DNA of 40,771 nt from Actinomycetes bacterium (GCA_037143955.1 JBAWXR010000002.1:1-40771), one strand, 5' to 3'. Positions 17,991 to 27,635 are shown, numbered from the stretch's first letter. Program-made: numbers and translations. Notes: generated by a model not told the origin, from the letters alone.

Positions 17991-18874
17991 GCGCACTGAG
18001 AAGCGACATTGAGGCACTGCTGGTTGCGGCACGTCTGGACCCAGACGCCGTGATGGAGCTTGCGCGTCGCGCTTTAGAGGAGGACCTCGACGGCGGCGTC
18101 GACGTCACGACCCAAGCAACGGTTCCCCCCGGCCAACGCGCGGTCCTCGACCTGGTGGCGCGCAAACCCGGTGTGGCAGCCGGAGTCCCCGTTGCGGCGG
18201 TCGTGTTCTGCGTCGTGGCCGAAGGTCTGGATATACGGATGATCGGAACAGACGGCCAACGTGTCGCCAGCGGTGATGTCCTGGTGAGTGTGACGGGGTC
18301 GACCCACGACCTGCTCCGTGCAGAACGTCCCGCCCTCAATCTGCTGTGTCACCTCAGCGGCATTGCCACGGCTACGCGCATGTGGGTCGATGCGGTCGCG
18401 GGCACGTCCGCCAAGATCCGCGACACTCGCAAGACCACCCCGGGCATGCGCACATTGGAGAAGTACGCCGTGCGCTGTGGCGGGGGAGTCAACCACCGGA
18501 TGTCGCTTTCGGATGCCGCGCTGGTCAAGGACAACCATGTGGTTGCGGCCGGAGGAGTCGCTGCCGCATTCGAGGCGGTGCGTCGGGAGTTCCCGGGTGT
18601 TCCGGTGGAGGTCGAGGTCGACTCTCTGGAGCAACTCGACGAGGTTCTGGCGGCCGGTGCTGACTTGGTGCTGCTGGATAACTTCTCCATCGATCTCATG
18701 CGCATTGCGGTGGAACGCACGGCCGGTCGATCTCGCCTGGAGGCATCCGGCGGTCTGTCCCTGGATGTGGCGGCTGCGGTGGCGGCGACCGGCGTGGACT
18801 ACCTTGCGGTGGGAGCGCTCACGCATTCGGCGCCCGTCCTCGACATCGGTGCGGATCTACGGCAGGAGTCCTGA
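17987..18874 (+). CDS. nadC: Nicotinate-nucleotide diphosphorylase (carboxylating)
   Basis: DTRKTTPGMRTLEKYAVRCGGGVNHR and LLDNF motifs. ATGA overlap with the nadB stop. Confidence 0.92.
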   Translation: MSALRSDIEALLVAARLDPDAVMELARRALEEDLDGGVDVTTQATVPPGQRAVLDLVARKPGVAAGVPVAAVVFCVVAEGLDIRMIGTDGQRVASGDVLVSVTGSTHDLLRAERPALNLLCHLSGIATATRMWVDAVAGTSAKIRDTRKTTPGMRTLEKYAVRCGGGVNHRMSLSDAALVKDNHVVAAGGVAAAFEAVRREFPGVPVEVEVDSLEQLDEVLAAGADLVLLDNFSIDLMRIAVERTAGRSRLEASGGLSLDVAAAVAATGVDYLAVGALTHSAPVLDIGADLRQES

Positions 18875-19632
18875 TGCTGCTCGCCATTGACGTCGGCAAC
18901 ACCAACACGGTGCTGGGTCTCTTCGACGGCACTGACCTCATCAACTCGTGGCGGATCAAGACCGATGCGCGCACGACCGCTGACGAGATGATCCTCACCT
19001 TCCGCGGACTGCTGGCCAACCAGCCCGAGGTCACCGGCATCGCGCTGTGCAGCACTGTCCCGAGCGTCCTACGCGAGATGCGACTCATGCTTGAGCGTTA
19101 TTACGCGGACGTTCACCAGGTGATCGTCGAGCCTGGCACCAAGACCGGGGTGTCTGTTCTCACCGACAACCCCAAAGAAGTCGGCGCCGACCGCATCGTC
19201 AACACCATCGCGGCGTTCCATCTGTTTAGCGGACCCTGCATTGTCGTCGACTTCGGCACCTCGACCAATCTTGACGTCATCTCGGCCAAGGGTGACTTCC
19301 TTGGCGGTGCGCTGGCACCAGGAATCGAGATCTCGATCGATGCGCTGGCTCAACGCGCCGCGCAATTGCGCAAGGTGGAGTTGGTGCGACCACGCTCGGT
19401 GATCGGAAAGAACACGGTGGAGGCCCTGCAGTCGGGTGCTCTCTACGGCTTCGCCGGACAGGTGGACGGTCTGGTGGAGCGCATCATCGAGGAAATAGGT
19501 GCGGTCACCGCAGTCATCGCCACCGGAGGACTTGCGCCGGTCGTCCTGCCGGAGGCGCGCACCATCACCGAACATGAACCCGACCTCACGTTGATCGGTC
19601 TGCGCCTGATCTACGAACGCAACGTCGAATAG
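18874..19632 (+). CDS. coaX: Type III pantothenate kinase
   Basis: N-terminal MLLAIDVGNTNT and GADR motifs. The ATG shares one nucleotide with the nadC TGA. Confidence 0.93.
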   Translation: MLLAIDVGNTNTVLGLFDGTDLINSWRIKTDARTTADEMILTFRGLLANQPEVTGIALCSTVPSVLREMRLMLERYYADVHQVIVEPGTKTGVSVLTDNPKEVGADRIVNTIAAFHLFSGPCIVVDFGTSTNLDVISAKGDFLGGALAPGIEISIDALAQRAAQLRKVELVRPRSVIGKNTVEALQSGALYGFAGQVDGLVERIIEEIGAVTAVIATGGLAPVVLPEARTITEHEPDLTLIGLRLIYERNVE

Positions 19633-19677
19633 CCAGCACGTCCCGCTCACGGGTGCCCGCTTGAGCGATCAGTACCC

Positions 19678-21192
19678 TTGGCTGCTGTGACCACCGAACC
19701 CTTGGATCCCGCGGAGGATCTGCCGGAGCAGATGCGGATTCGCCGGGACAAGCGAGAGCGGCTGACTGCCGCCGGGCGCGATCCTTATGTGGTCTCGGTA
19801 CCGGTCACGCACACCATCGCCGCGGTTCGCGCAGAACACCCGGATCTGCCCGCCGACACCACCACTGGCATGCGGGTCGGTATCGCGGGGCGCATCATCT
19901 TCGCCCGCAACACCGGCAAACTCTGCTTCGCAACACTGCGCGCGGGCGATGGCACGGAGATCCAGGCGATGCTCTCGTTGGATCGTGTGGGCGAGCAGGC
20001 TCTGGAGGAGTGGAAGGACCTGGTTGATCTAGGCGACCAGGTGTTCATCGGCGGCGAAGTCATCACCTCCAAGCGGGGCGAACTCTCGGTGCTGGCTGAT
20101 GAGTGGCGCATGGCAGCCAAATCGTTGAGGCCCCTGCCCGTCGCACACAAGCCGATGAGCGAGGAGACGCGCGTTCGCCAGCGGTATGTCGACCTCATCG
20201 TGCGCCCAGAGGCTCAAGCCATGGCGCGCATGCGTGTTGAGGTCATGCGGTCCGTGAGAGAGAGCTTGACTTCTCGTGGGTTCCTCGAGATCGAAACACC
20301 CATGCTTCAGACCCAGCACGGTGGAGCTGCGGCTCGTCCGTTCGTTACACACTCCAATGCATTCGACCTCGAGTTGTTCATGCGTATCGCTCCTGAGCTC
20401 TTTCTCAAGCGCGCCGTCGTAGGCGGTTTGGAGCGCGTTTTTGAGATCAACCGCAATTTTCGCAATGAGGGAGCCGATTCCACTCATTCACCCGAGTTCA
20501 CGATGCTCGAGTACTACATCGCGTATGCGGATTATCAGGATGTCGCGACCATCACGCGTGAAATGATCCAAGAAGCCGCAGTGGCAGCCACCGGCAGCCT
20601 GGTCGTCACCCATCACGACGGTTCGGTGCACGATCTCTCCGGTGTGTGGCCGCAGGTTGATCTCTACGGCGCACTGTCCTTGGCAATCGGCGAAGACGTC
20701 ACCCCGCAGACACCCAAGGAACGCCTCGAAAAACTCTGTGCGCGCGACGGCATCGACATCGCACCCACGTGGGTACCTGGCAAGCTTGTCGAAGAACTCT
20801 TCGAGCACCATGTCATTTCGACCTTCACGGGTCCGACGTTCGTCATGGATTTCCCCGTCGACACTTCGCCACTGACCCGGGCCCATCGCACCAAGCCCGG
20901 CGTGGTCGAGAAGTGGGACCTATACATCAATGGAGCTGAGCAGGCCACCGGCTACTCGGAACTCATTGACCCGGTTGTCCAACGTGAACGACTCATTGAG
21001 CAGGCAGCCTTGGCGTCACGCGGTGACGTCGAAGCGATGCGGGTCGACGAAGACTTCCTGCGGGCTTTGGAGCATGGCATGCCGCCGTGCGGCGGAGTCG
21101 GTGTGGGCATGGATCGACTGCTGATGTCGCTCACCGGTCTGGGGATTCGCGAAACCATCCTGTTCCCGCTCGTGAAGCCGGAGCACAGGTGA
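19678..21192 (+). CDS. lysS: Lysine--tRNA ligase (class II)
   Basis: [19 protein letters not shown] and GMDRLLM motifs. TTG start at 19678 per the ORF track; a GTG at 19687 is an alternative. Confidence 0.94.
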   Translation: MAAVTTEPLDPAEDLPEQMRIRRDKRERLTAAGRDPYVVSVPVTHTIAAVRAEHPDLPADTTTGMRVGIAGRIIFARNTGKLCFATLRAGDGTEIQAMLSLDRVGEQALEEWKDLVDLGDQVFIGGEVITSKRGELSVLADEWRMAAKSLRPLPVAHKPMSEETRVRQRYVDLIVRPEAQAMARMRVEVMRSVRESLTSRGFLEIETPMLQTQHGGAAARPFVTHSNAFDLELFMRIAPELFLKRAVVGGLERVFEINRNFRNEGADSTHSPEFTMLEYYIAYADYQDVATITREMIQEAAVAATGSLVVTHHDGSVHDLSGVWPQVDLYGALSLAIGEDVTPQTPKERLEKLCARDGIDIAPTWVPGKLVEELFEHHVISTFTGPTFVMDFPVDTSPLTRAHRTKPGVVEKWDLYINGAEQATGYSELIDPVVQRERLIEQAALASRGDVEAMRVDEDFLRALEHGMPPCGGVGVGMDRLLMSLTGLGIRETILFPLVKPEHR

Positions 21193-21701
21193 CCTCGGCC
21201 GCACCAGTCGTGATCCGTTCTGCCGTGACGGCCGACGTTCCCGCAATCGCGGCACTGGTCTCCTCCTTTGCCGGCGATGGACCACGTTTGCTGCGCAAGG
21301 CGACGGTCACCCTGTACGAAGACGTGCAGGAGTTCGTGGTCGCTATCGACGGAGACCAGGTCGTGGGCTGCGGAGCCCTGCATGTGCTGTGGGAGGACCT
21401 CGCAGAAGTGCGCACGCTTGCGGTGGCGGCCACCGTCCAACGCGGTGGCATTGGATCACTCATCGTCGCCGAGCTCCTGGATCGGGCACGACGTCTTGGT
21501 GTGCGACGCGTTTTCTGCCTGACCTTCGCCACGGACTTCTTCGCGAGGCACGGATTCCAGGAAATCGAGGGAGCCCCGGTGGAGCCCGACGTCTACCAGC
21601 AGTTGCTGGAGTCGTACGACCAGGGCGTGGCTGAATTCCTCGGTCTCGAACAGGTGAAGCCCAACACCTTGGGCAATACCCGGATGCTGGTCGACCTGTG
21701 A
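21189..21701 (+). CDS. Short single-domain amino-acid N-acetyltransferase (GNAT, mycobacterial ArgA/Rv2747-like)
   Basis: Near-collinear with my recollection of the M. tuberculosis short N-acetylglutamate synthase: [38 protein letters not shown] and [15 protein letters not shown] overlap with the lysS stop. Confidence 0.78.
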   Translation: MTSAAPVVIRSAVTADVPAIAALVSSFAGDGPRLLRKATVTLYEDVQEFVVAIDGDQVVGCGALHVLWEDLAEVRTLAVAATVQRGGIGSLIVAELLDRARRLGVRRVFCLTFATDFFARHGFQEIEGAPVEPDVYQQLLESYDQGVAEFLGLEQVKPNTLGNTRMLVDL

Positions 21702-22456
21702 CTCTGCGGGCCGTCACATTCGCGGCGGTCGGCGTGATCTCCGTGACCATGCTTGTCACTCCCGCGGCCAATGCCGCACAACCAAGTCCGGTTGCCGGTA
21801 AAACCATCGTCGTCGATCCGGGGCACCAACTCGGCAACTCCAACCCGAAATTCCGCACTCAACTCGCCCAGACGATCTTCAATGGTGCGATCCGTAAGTC
21901 ATGCAACACCACGGGCACGGCGACCAACGCGGGTTACCCCGAGTCGACGTTCACGTGGGAAGTGGGAACACGGCTGCACGACTTACTGACTCGGGCCGGC
22001 GCCACAGTGATCATGACCCGCGACTCCAACTCGCGTAATGCGTGGGGACCCTGTGTGTGGGATCGCGCCTACGTCGCCAATAATGCCAAGGCCGATGCGA
22101 TGGTGAGCATCCACGGTGATGGTGCACCCGGCAGCAGTCACGGCTTTTTTGCGCTCGCGCCGGTGCAGATTCCTGGATGGACCAAGAACGATGTACCGGC
22201 TGATCGGGCTTTAGCGAAGGCGATGGTGAGTGGCATGACCGCCGCGGGGGCGACGCCCTCGAGTACTTTCCCCGGTGCGATTATGAATTCTCGCGACACC
22301 ACGTCGCTCAATCTCAGCAGTCGTCCCACGGTGACCATTGAGATGGGCAACATGCGCAATGCCGCGGAGGCACGCATGATGAGCAGTGCTCAGGGCCAGC
22401 AGCAGTACGCGCAGTGGTTATTCGCCGGTCTGGAGGAGTACTTCCGGACGCACTAG
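21698..22456 (+). CDS. Secreted N-acetylmuramoyl-L-alanine amidase (Amidase_3)
   Basis: Signal peptide ends ANA/AQ. VVDPGH, MVSIHGDG and TIEMGNMRN motifs. GTGA overlap with the GNAT stop. Confidence 0.85.
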   Translation: MTLRAVTFAAVGVISVTMLVTPAANAAQPSPVAGKTIVVDPGHQLGNSNPKFRTQLAQTIFNGAIRKSCNTTGTATNAGYPESTFTWEVGTRLHDLLTRAGATVIMTRDSNSRNAWGPCVWDRAYVANNAKADAMVSIHGDGAPGSSHGFFALAPVQIPGWTKNDVPADRALAKAMVSGMTAAGATPSSTFPGAIMNSRDTTSLNLSSRPTVTIEMGNMRNAAEARMMSSAQGQQQYAQWLFAGLEEYFRTH

Positions 22457-22490
22457 GCCCGGGCGTGCGTGAGGCGCGAGAGCGTCAGCG

Positions 22491-23216
22491 TCAGCGTGAG
22501 TCCAGCTTTGGCTTGGGATCCAGGTGCTGCAGGCCGCCCCAGGCGAGGTTGACCAAGTGTGCAACGACCTCGTCCTTGCGCGGCTTACGAACGTCGAGCC
22601 ACCACTGCCCGGTCTGCGTGACCATGCCGACCAGCATCTGCGAGTACAGCGGAGCCCACTTGGTGGAGATTCCGTGATGTTTGAACTGGCGGGCGAGGAG
22701 GTACTCCACTCGCGCAGCCACATCGACGATGACTCCACCGAACGGCATCTGCGATCCGGACTCCGATGGTGTGTCCCTCATGAGAATCCGAAAGCCGTCC
22801 GGGTAGCGATCGATGTAGTCGAACAAGGCCATGCCGGCACGTTCGAGCAGTGCACGCGGGTGAACATCGTCGTCGATGGCCAGGCTCTCGGTGATCGAAC
22901 CAAGCAGGAAGCTCATCTCGCGATCGACCACGACGGCGTACAGGCCTTCCTTGCCACCGAAGTGTTCGTACACGATGGGCTTGGAGACCTTCGCCTTGGC
23001 GGCGATCTCCTCGACGGTGACGGCCTCGAAGCCCTTGTCGGCGAACAACTGTCGGCCCACATCGAGCAATTGCTCGCGGCGTTCTTGGCCGCTCATGCGC
23101 ACGCGCTCGTGGCGCGTGGCTACCCGGTGATCGCGCCGTGAAGCGGCGGAGATATCAGTCACGACCGAATCGGTCGAGTCCTCCTCGACCTCGGGCGCAA
23201 TGATCGGCGTGGTCAC
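22491..23216 (-). CDS. TetR family transcriptional regulator
   Basis: The HTH region RREQLLDVGRQLFADKGFEAVTVEEIAAKAKVSKPIVYEHFGGKEGLY follows an acidic N-terminal extension. The GTG start overlaps the desaturase stop (GTGA). Confidence 0.85.
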   Translation of the reverse strand: MTTPIIAPEVEEDSTDSVVTDISAASRRDHRVATRHERVRMSGQERREQLLDVGRQLFADKGFEAVTVEEIAAKAKVSKPIVYEHFGGKEGLYAVVVDREMSFLLGSITESLAIDDDVHPRALLERAGMALFDYIDRYPDGFRILMRDTPSESGSQMPFGGVIVDVAARVEYLLARQFKHHGISTKWAPLYSQMLVGMVTQTGQWWLDVRKPRKDEVVAHLVNLAWGGLQHLDPKPKLDSR

Positions 23217-24175
23217 GCCGAGTAACCGCGCAGGCGGCGGGTCATCGCCGGGTCAACAAGCTTGGTGGCCAGGCGCTCGGGCTTGGGCCAACGCACGTCA
23301 TAGGCCAACTTGGCGTGCTCCATGATGCGAATGACTTCCGCGCTCATGTCGAACTGGCCCTTGAGTGCACCGTGCCGTGCCGACGTGGGCTCGACGTGAT
23401 GCAGGTTGTGCCAGGACTCACCAAAGGAGGGGATGGCCAGCCACGCGACGTTGGTCGACTTGTCGCGTGAGACGAAAGGACGCGTCCCGAAGACGTGGCA
23501 GATGGAGTTGATCGACCAGGTGGTGTGGTGAACGATCGCCACGCGCACGATGCCGGCCCAGAAGAGTGCGGTGAGTGCGCCCACCCATGACCAGGTGATC
23601 AATCCGCCGAGAATCGCGGGCACCAAGAAGGTTCCAACAACGAACAGGCGGAAGTTGGCCGAGACCTTGGCGAGCACCGGATCATTGGCGATGTCGGGCG
23701 CGTAGGTGGCGATGGAGGTGTTGTTGTCCTCGAGCAACCAGCCCATGTGCGCGAAGAGCAGACCCTTGGCCAGCGCCTTCTTGGTGGTACCGAAGCGCCA
23801 AGGAGAGTGCGGGTCGCCGGGGGCGTCGGAGAACTTGTGATGCTTGCGATGATCGGCGACCCACTGGCCCACGCTGCCCTCGACGGCGTAAGACCCGGCC
23901 ACGGCCAGAGCCACGGACACCCATGACGGCGCCTTGAAGCTGCGGTGGGTGAAGTGGCGGTGGTAGCCGACGGTGATGCCGAAGCCTGAGATCGCCCAGA
24001 ACACGAAGAACAGCGCAACGTCGACCCACGACAGCCACCCGAGCAATGCGACCGGGATAGCCGCGAGAACGGCGAGGAACGGAACGATGATGAAGACCGC
24101 GATCGTGGCCCGCATGGTGACGGTTGTCGGCTCGGTTTCAGCGCGCAGTGTGGGCGCCTCGGCTGCCAGCGACAT
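23213..24175 (-). CDS. Membrane acyl-CoA (stearoyl-CoA type) fatty acid desaturase
   Basis: Three histidine boxes: HRHFTH, HRKHH and HNLHH. TM helices present. GGGAG RBS. Confidence 0.9.
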   Translation of the reverse strand: MSLAAEAPTLRAETEPTTVTMRATIAVFIIVPFLAVLAAIPVALLGWLSWVDVALFFVFWAISGFGITVGYHRHFTHRSFKAPSWVSVALAVAGSYAVEGSVGQWVADHRKHHKFSDAPGDPHSPWRFGTTKKALAKGLLFAHMGWLLEDNNTSIATYAPDIANDPVLAKVSANFRLFVVGTFLVPAILGGLITWSWVGALTALFWAGIVRVAIVHHTTWSINSICHVFGTRPFVSRDKSTNVAWLAIPSFGESWHNLHHVEPTSARHGALKGQFDMSAEVIRIMEHAKLAYDVRWPKPERLATKLVDPAMTRRLRGYSA

Positions 24176-24205
24176 TGGGTCTCCCTAGAGAAATGGCCCA
24201 CTTGG

Positions 24206-24239
24206 ACCTACGTTCCCGTAGGTTACGGTGCCGTAACCT
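24206..24239. promoter_or_regulatory. Twin overlapping palindromes (TACG-N4-CGTA cores), candidate TetR operator upstream of the desaturase
   Basis: ACCTACG-TTCC-CGTAGGT at 24206-24223 and AGGTTACGG-TG-CCGTAACCT at 24220-24239. Both arms are perfect. They lie 31-64 nt upstream of the desaturase start codon. Confidence 0.45.
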
Positions 24240-24313
24240 GTGAAGTCAAGCCGGTGGCTCGTATCAAGGGTGAACTTTTGGTGGCGGGTCGTCGGACCTA
24301 GAGTGCGGTCCGA

Positions 24314-24387
24314 TCCCGGGTCGTCTAGGGGCAGGACAGCGGACTTTGAATCCGTGAACGGAGGTTCGATTCCTCCCCCGGGAGCCA
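24314..24387 (+). tRNA. tRNA-Gln (anticodon UUG), CCA encoded
   Basis: Manual cloverleaf fold. Acceptor TCCCGGG/CCCGGGA, 3-bp D stem GTC/GAC, anticodon stem GCGGA/TCCGT with loop CTTTGAA, T arm GGAGG-TTCGATT-CCTCC, discriminator G, then CCA. Confidence 0.88.
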
Positions 24388-24412
24388 GCACGCCGTTGAG
24401 TAGGGTGCCGAT

Positions 24413-25888
24413 GTGACGTCCGCCCGGCCCGCAGCGATCGTGATCCTCGCTGCCGGTGAGGGCAAGCGCATGCGCTCGAGCACCCCGAAGGTTCTCCACC
24501 CCATCGCCGGTCGCTCCCTCGTGGGACATGTGGTTCATGCGGCAGCACGCACGCAGCCGGGCCATGTCGTGGTGGTCGTGGGGCATGGACGAGACCACGT
24601 GCGTGCGCACCTCGAGGAAATCGCCCCCTGGGTGGTCACGGTGGTGCAGGAAGAGCAGCTGGGCACGGGCCATGCGGTGCGCGTGGCATTAGCGGGCATC
24701 TCTGATCGCGGACTAGCGATGCCAGCAGGTCCCATCGTGGTTCTTACGGCAGACACACCGTTGCTCACGGGCGACACCGTGCAGATGCTCGTCGACGAAC
24801 ACGTTGCCTCGGGTGCGGCGGCCACCGTTCTCACCACGGTCATGGACGATCCCACCGGCTATGGCCGCATCGTGCGCGATACATCGGGCTCGGTGATGTC
24901 GATCGTGGAGCATCGGGATGCGTCCGACGATCAACTACGCATTGATGAAATCAACTCGGGCATGTACGCCTTCGACATAGAAGCCTTGGCGGGAGCACTC
25001 TCGCGCGTGCGTCGAGACAATTCGCAGGGCGAGGAGTACCTCACCGATGTCATCGGACTGCTGCGCCAGGACGGCGCGATCGTGTCAGCATCGCGCGTTC
25101 TCGACTCAGACGAAATCATGGGCGTCAACGATCGGGTGCAGTTGAGCGAGGCCGCGTGGGTGATGCGCGATCGCATCAACCGCGACCTCATGCACAGCGG
25201 TGTCTCGATGCTTGATCCAGAGACCACGTGGATCGACGTCGATGTCGATATCGCGGCTGATGTAGTGATCCGACCGCAGGTCACCCTGGCCGGGGCGACC
25301 TCGGTGGCCACCGGCGCGATTCTGGGACCGGGAACCACCTTGACGTCCTGCGAAGTCGGCGAAGGCGCCGAGGTGATCCACACGTGGGCCGAGCTCGCGG
25401 TCATCGGCCCCGATGCCCAGGTCGGGCCGTTCACCTATTTGCGCCCGGGCACAGTGTTGGGCCAAGGCGCAAAGGCTGGTGCCTACGTGGAGATCAAAAA
25501 CTCCACAGTGGGACGCGGCGCCAAGGTGCTGCACCTGTCGTACGTCGGCGACGCCGATATCGGCGAGGGGACAAACATCGGTGCGGCCACGGTGTTCGTC
25601 AACTACGACGGCGTGGCCAAGCACCGCACCATCGTGGGATCGAATGTACGAATCGGCTCGGACACCATGCTGGTGGCGCCGGTGACCATCGGCGATGGTG
25701 CGTACACGGCGGCCGGCTCCGTCATCACGCAGGATGTCCCGCCCGGTGCCTTGGCCATCGGACGGGCGGAGCAGCGCAATATCGAGGATTGGGTTCAGCG
25801 CAGACGTGACGGAACAGCGTCAGCGGATGCTGCAGCCCGAGCGCACAACGATCAGCAGCATGGAGCAGACTCAGCCCCCACGGCCTAG
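24413..25888 (+). CDS. glmU: Bifunctional UDP-N-acetylglucosamine diphosphorylase / glucosamine-1-phosphate N-acetyltransferase
   Basis: LAAGEGKRMRS motif and C-terminal left-handed beta-helix hexapeptide repeats. GTG start. Confidence 0.95.
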   Translation: MTSARPAAIVILAAGEGKRMRSSTPKVLHPIAGRSLVGHVVHAAARTQPGHVVVVVGHGRDHVRAHLEEIAPWVVTVVQEEQLGTGHAVRVALAGISDRGLAMPAGPIVVLTADTPLLTGDTVQMLVDEHVASGAAATVLTTVMDDPTGYGRIVRDTSGSVMSIVEHRDASDDQLRIDEINSGMYAFDIEALAGALSRVRRDNSQGEEYLTDVIGLLRQDGAIVSASRVLDSDEIMGVNDRVQLSEAAWVMRDRINRDLMHSGVSMLDPETTWIDVDVDIAADVVIRPQVTLAGATSVATGAILGPGTTLTSCEVGEGAEVIHTWAELAVIGPDAQVGPFTYLRPGTVLGQGAKAGAYVEIKNSTVGRGAKVLHLSYVGDADIGEGTNIGAATVFVNYDGVAKHRTIVGSNVRIGSDTMLVAPVTIGDGAYTAAGSVITQDVPPGALAIGRAEQRNIEDWVQRRRDGTASADAAARAHNDQQHGADSAPTA

Positions 25889-25917
25889 TGCCCGAGCAGC
25901 AAGGACCAGGAGACCCG

Positions 25918-26919
25918 GTGACGTATCTGGAAGTGCCCACGCATAAGCGGTTGGTTCTGCTGGCAGGCAGGTCGTTCCCGGCGCTGGGCGATGAGGTTGC
26001 CGGCCAACTCGGCATCGAGGTCTCACCGACTCAGGCCTACGACTTCGCCAACGGCGAGATCTTTGTGCGCTTCCAGGAATCCGTGCGTGGCTGCGACTGC
26101 TTCGTGCTGCAGAGCCACACCACACCGATCAACACGTGGATCATGGAGCAACTCATCATGGTCGACGCCCTCAAGCGCGCCTCGGCAAAGCGCATCACCG
26201 TGATCATCCCGTTCTACGGCTACGCGCGGCAGGACAAGAAGCACCGTGGTCGCGAGCCGATCTCTGCTCGACTCATCGCCGATCTCTTCAAGACCGCGGG
26301 TGCCGACCGCCTCATGACGGTTGACCTGCACACCTCGCAGATCCAGGGCTTCTTCGACGGTCCCGTCGACCACCTGTTCGCGATGCCGCTCCTGGCGCGC
26401 CATGTGGCCAAGAAGATTCCTCGTGACCGCATCACCGTGGTGTCCCCTGACGCGGGTCGCGTGCGCGTGGCAGAGCGCTGGACCGACGTCCTCGGTGCGC
26501 CGCTGGCGATCATTCACAAGCGACGCGATCCCGACGTGCCCAATCAGGTCAAGGTGCTCGAGGTCGTCGGCGATGTGCGGGATCGCGTATGCGTTCTGGT
26601 CGACGACATGATCGACACCGGCGGCACCATCGTGAAGGCAGCCGAGACGCTGTTCGAGAACGGTGCGGCCGATGTCATCGTGGCAGCCACGCACGGCATC
26701 CTCAGCCCACCCGCGGCAGAGCGGCTGCAGAACTCGCGGATCTCTGAGGTCATCGTCACCAACACACTGCCGATCCCTGAGGACCGGATGTTCGACAAGC
26801 TCACGATCCTGTCGATCGCACCTCTGTTGGCGAAGGCCATCACCGAGGTCTTCACCGACGGATCGGTCACCAGCATGTTCGACGACGACAGCATCGAGAG
26901 CACGGCGTCCTCGCACTGA
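25918..26919 (+). CDS. prs: Ribose-phosphate diphosphokinase
   Basis: YARQDKK, DLHTSQIQGFF and VLVDDMIDTGGT motifs. I preferred the GTG at 25918, which has a CAGGAG RBS 5 nt upstream. A GTG at 25888 is also possible. Confidence 0.92.
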   Translation: MTYLEVPTHKRLVLLAGRSFPALGDEVAGQLGIEVSPTQAYDFANGEIFVRFQESVRGCDCFVLQSHTTPINTWIMEQLIMVDALKRASAKRITVIIPFYGYARQDKKHRGREPISARLIADLFKTAGADRLMTVDLHTSQIQGFFDGPVDHLFAMPLLARHVAKKIPRDRITVVSPDAGRVRVAERWTDVLGAPLAIIHKRRDPDVPNQVKVLEVVGDVRDRVCVLVDDMIDTGGTIVKAAETLFENGAADVIVAATHGILSPPAAERLQNSRISEVIVTNTLPIPEDRMFDKLTILSIAPLLAKAITEVFTDGSVTSMFDDDSIESTASSH

Positions 26920-27080
26920 CGGCTGGAGTCGAGAGCCAGCCCCTCCCCGCCCGATTTCCGGCGCGGCCCCGCCTCGGGGTAGTCTTCGGACGTCCTCGGC
27001 GAGGGTGATGGGCTCCGGCCCAAGCACCGTGATCGACGTGGTCGGCTCGCTGAGGGCGCCGACACCACCGAGGAGACACC

Positions 27081-27632
27081 GTGAGCACCGTTGCAATGCC
27101 GTCCAGTCCCCGCACCGATTTCGGCAAGGGCGCGGCTCGTCGCATCCGTCGCGAAGGCCAGATCCCTGCTGTCATCTACGGCAGTGGCTCCGACGTGGTT
27201 CACGTCGCTATCCCCACGCGTGACCTCGACCTCGCACTCCGCAAGCCGCGCGTCGTCTTCTCGATGGACGTCAATGGCGCCTCGGTGCTCGTCAAGCCGC
27301 GCGACATCCAGCGCGACCCGGTCAAGCGCTCGCTCGAGCACATCGACCTCGTCATCATCGACAAGGCTGAGGCCTCCGACCGCCAGGAGATGGCTGACGC
27401 CATCGCGGCCGCCATCCACGCAGCCGACGAGGCCGGCATGGACTCGGCCGCAGCCGTGCAGGCACTCGAGACCGCCGTCGCAGGCGGCGAGAACCCGACC
27501 GACGCCGCAGCTCACGCGGTGTCGGATGCCGAGCATCAGGCCGACGCCTACTCCGACGCCAACGTTGCCCAGGCCGCCGCTGAAGCAACGGCTGCCGCAG
27601 CAGACGCACCCGCCGCACCCGCCGCCGAGTAG
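27081..27632 (+). CDS. rplY: 50S ribosomal protein L25 (N-terminal L25 domain followed by an Ala/Asp/Glu-rich tail)
   Basis: RTDFGKGAARRIRREGQIPAVIYG...KPRDIQRDPVKRSLEHIDLV. GAGGAG RBS and GTG start. Conserved rplY-pth pairing. Confidence 0.85.
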   Translation: MSTVAMPSSPRTDFGKGAARRIRREGQIPAVIYGSGSDVVHVAIPTRDLDLALRKPRVVFSMDVNGASVLVKPRDIQRDPVKRSLEHIDLVIIDKAEASDRQEMADAIAAAIHAADEAGMDSAAAVQALETAVAGGENPTDAAAHAVSDAEHQADAYSDANVAQAAAEATAAAADAPAAPAAE

Positions 27633-27635
27633 TCG

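Noticed and set aside
26961-26980. Short CCCCG-CCT-CGGGG hairpin after prs, considered as a terminator.
   Set aside because: It has a 5-bp stem and no U-tract, so it is not convincing. The 160-bp prs-rplY gap otherwise shows no structure I can support.
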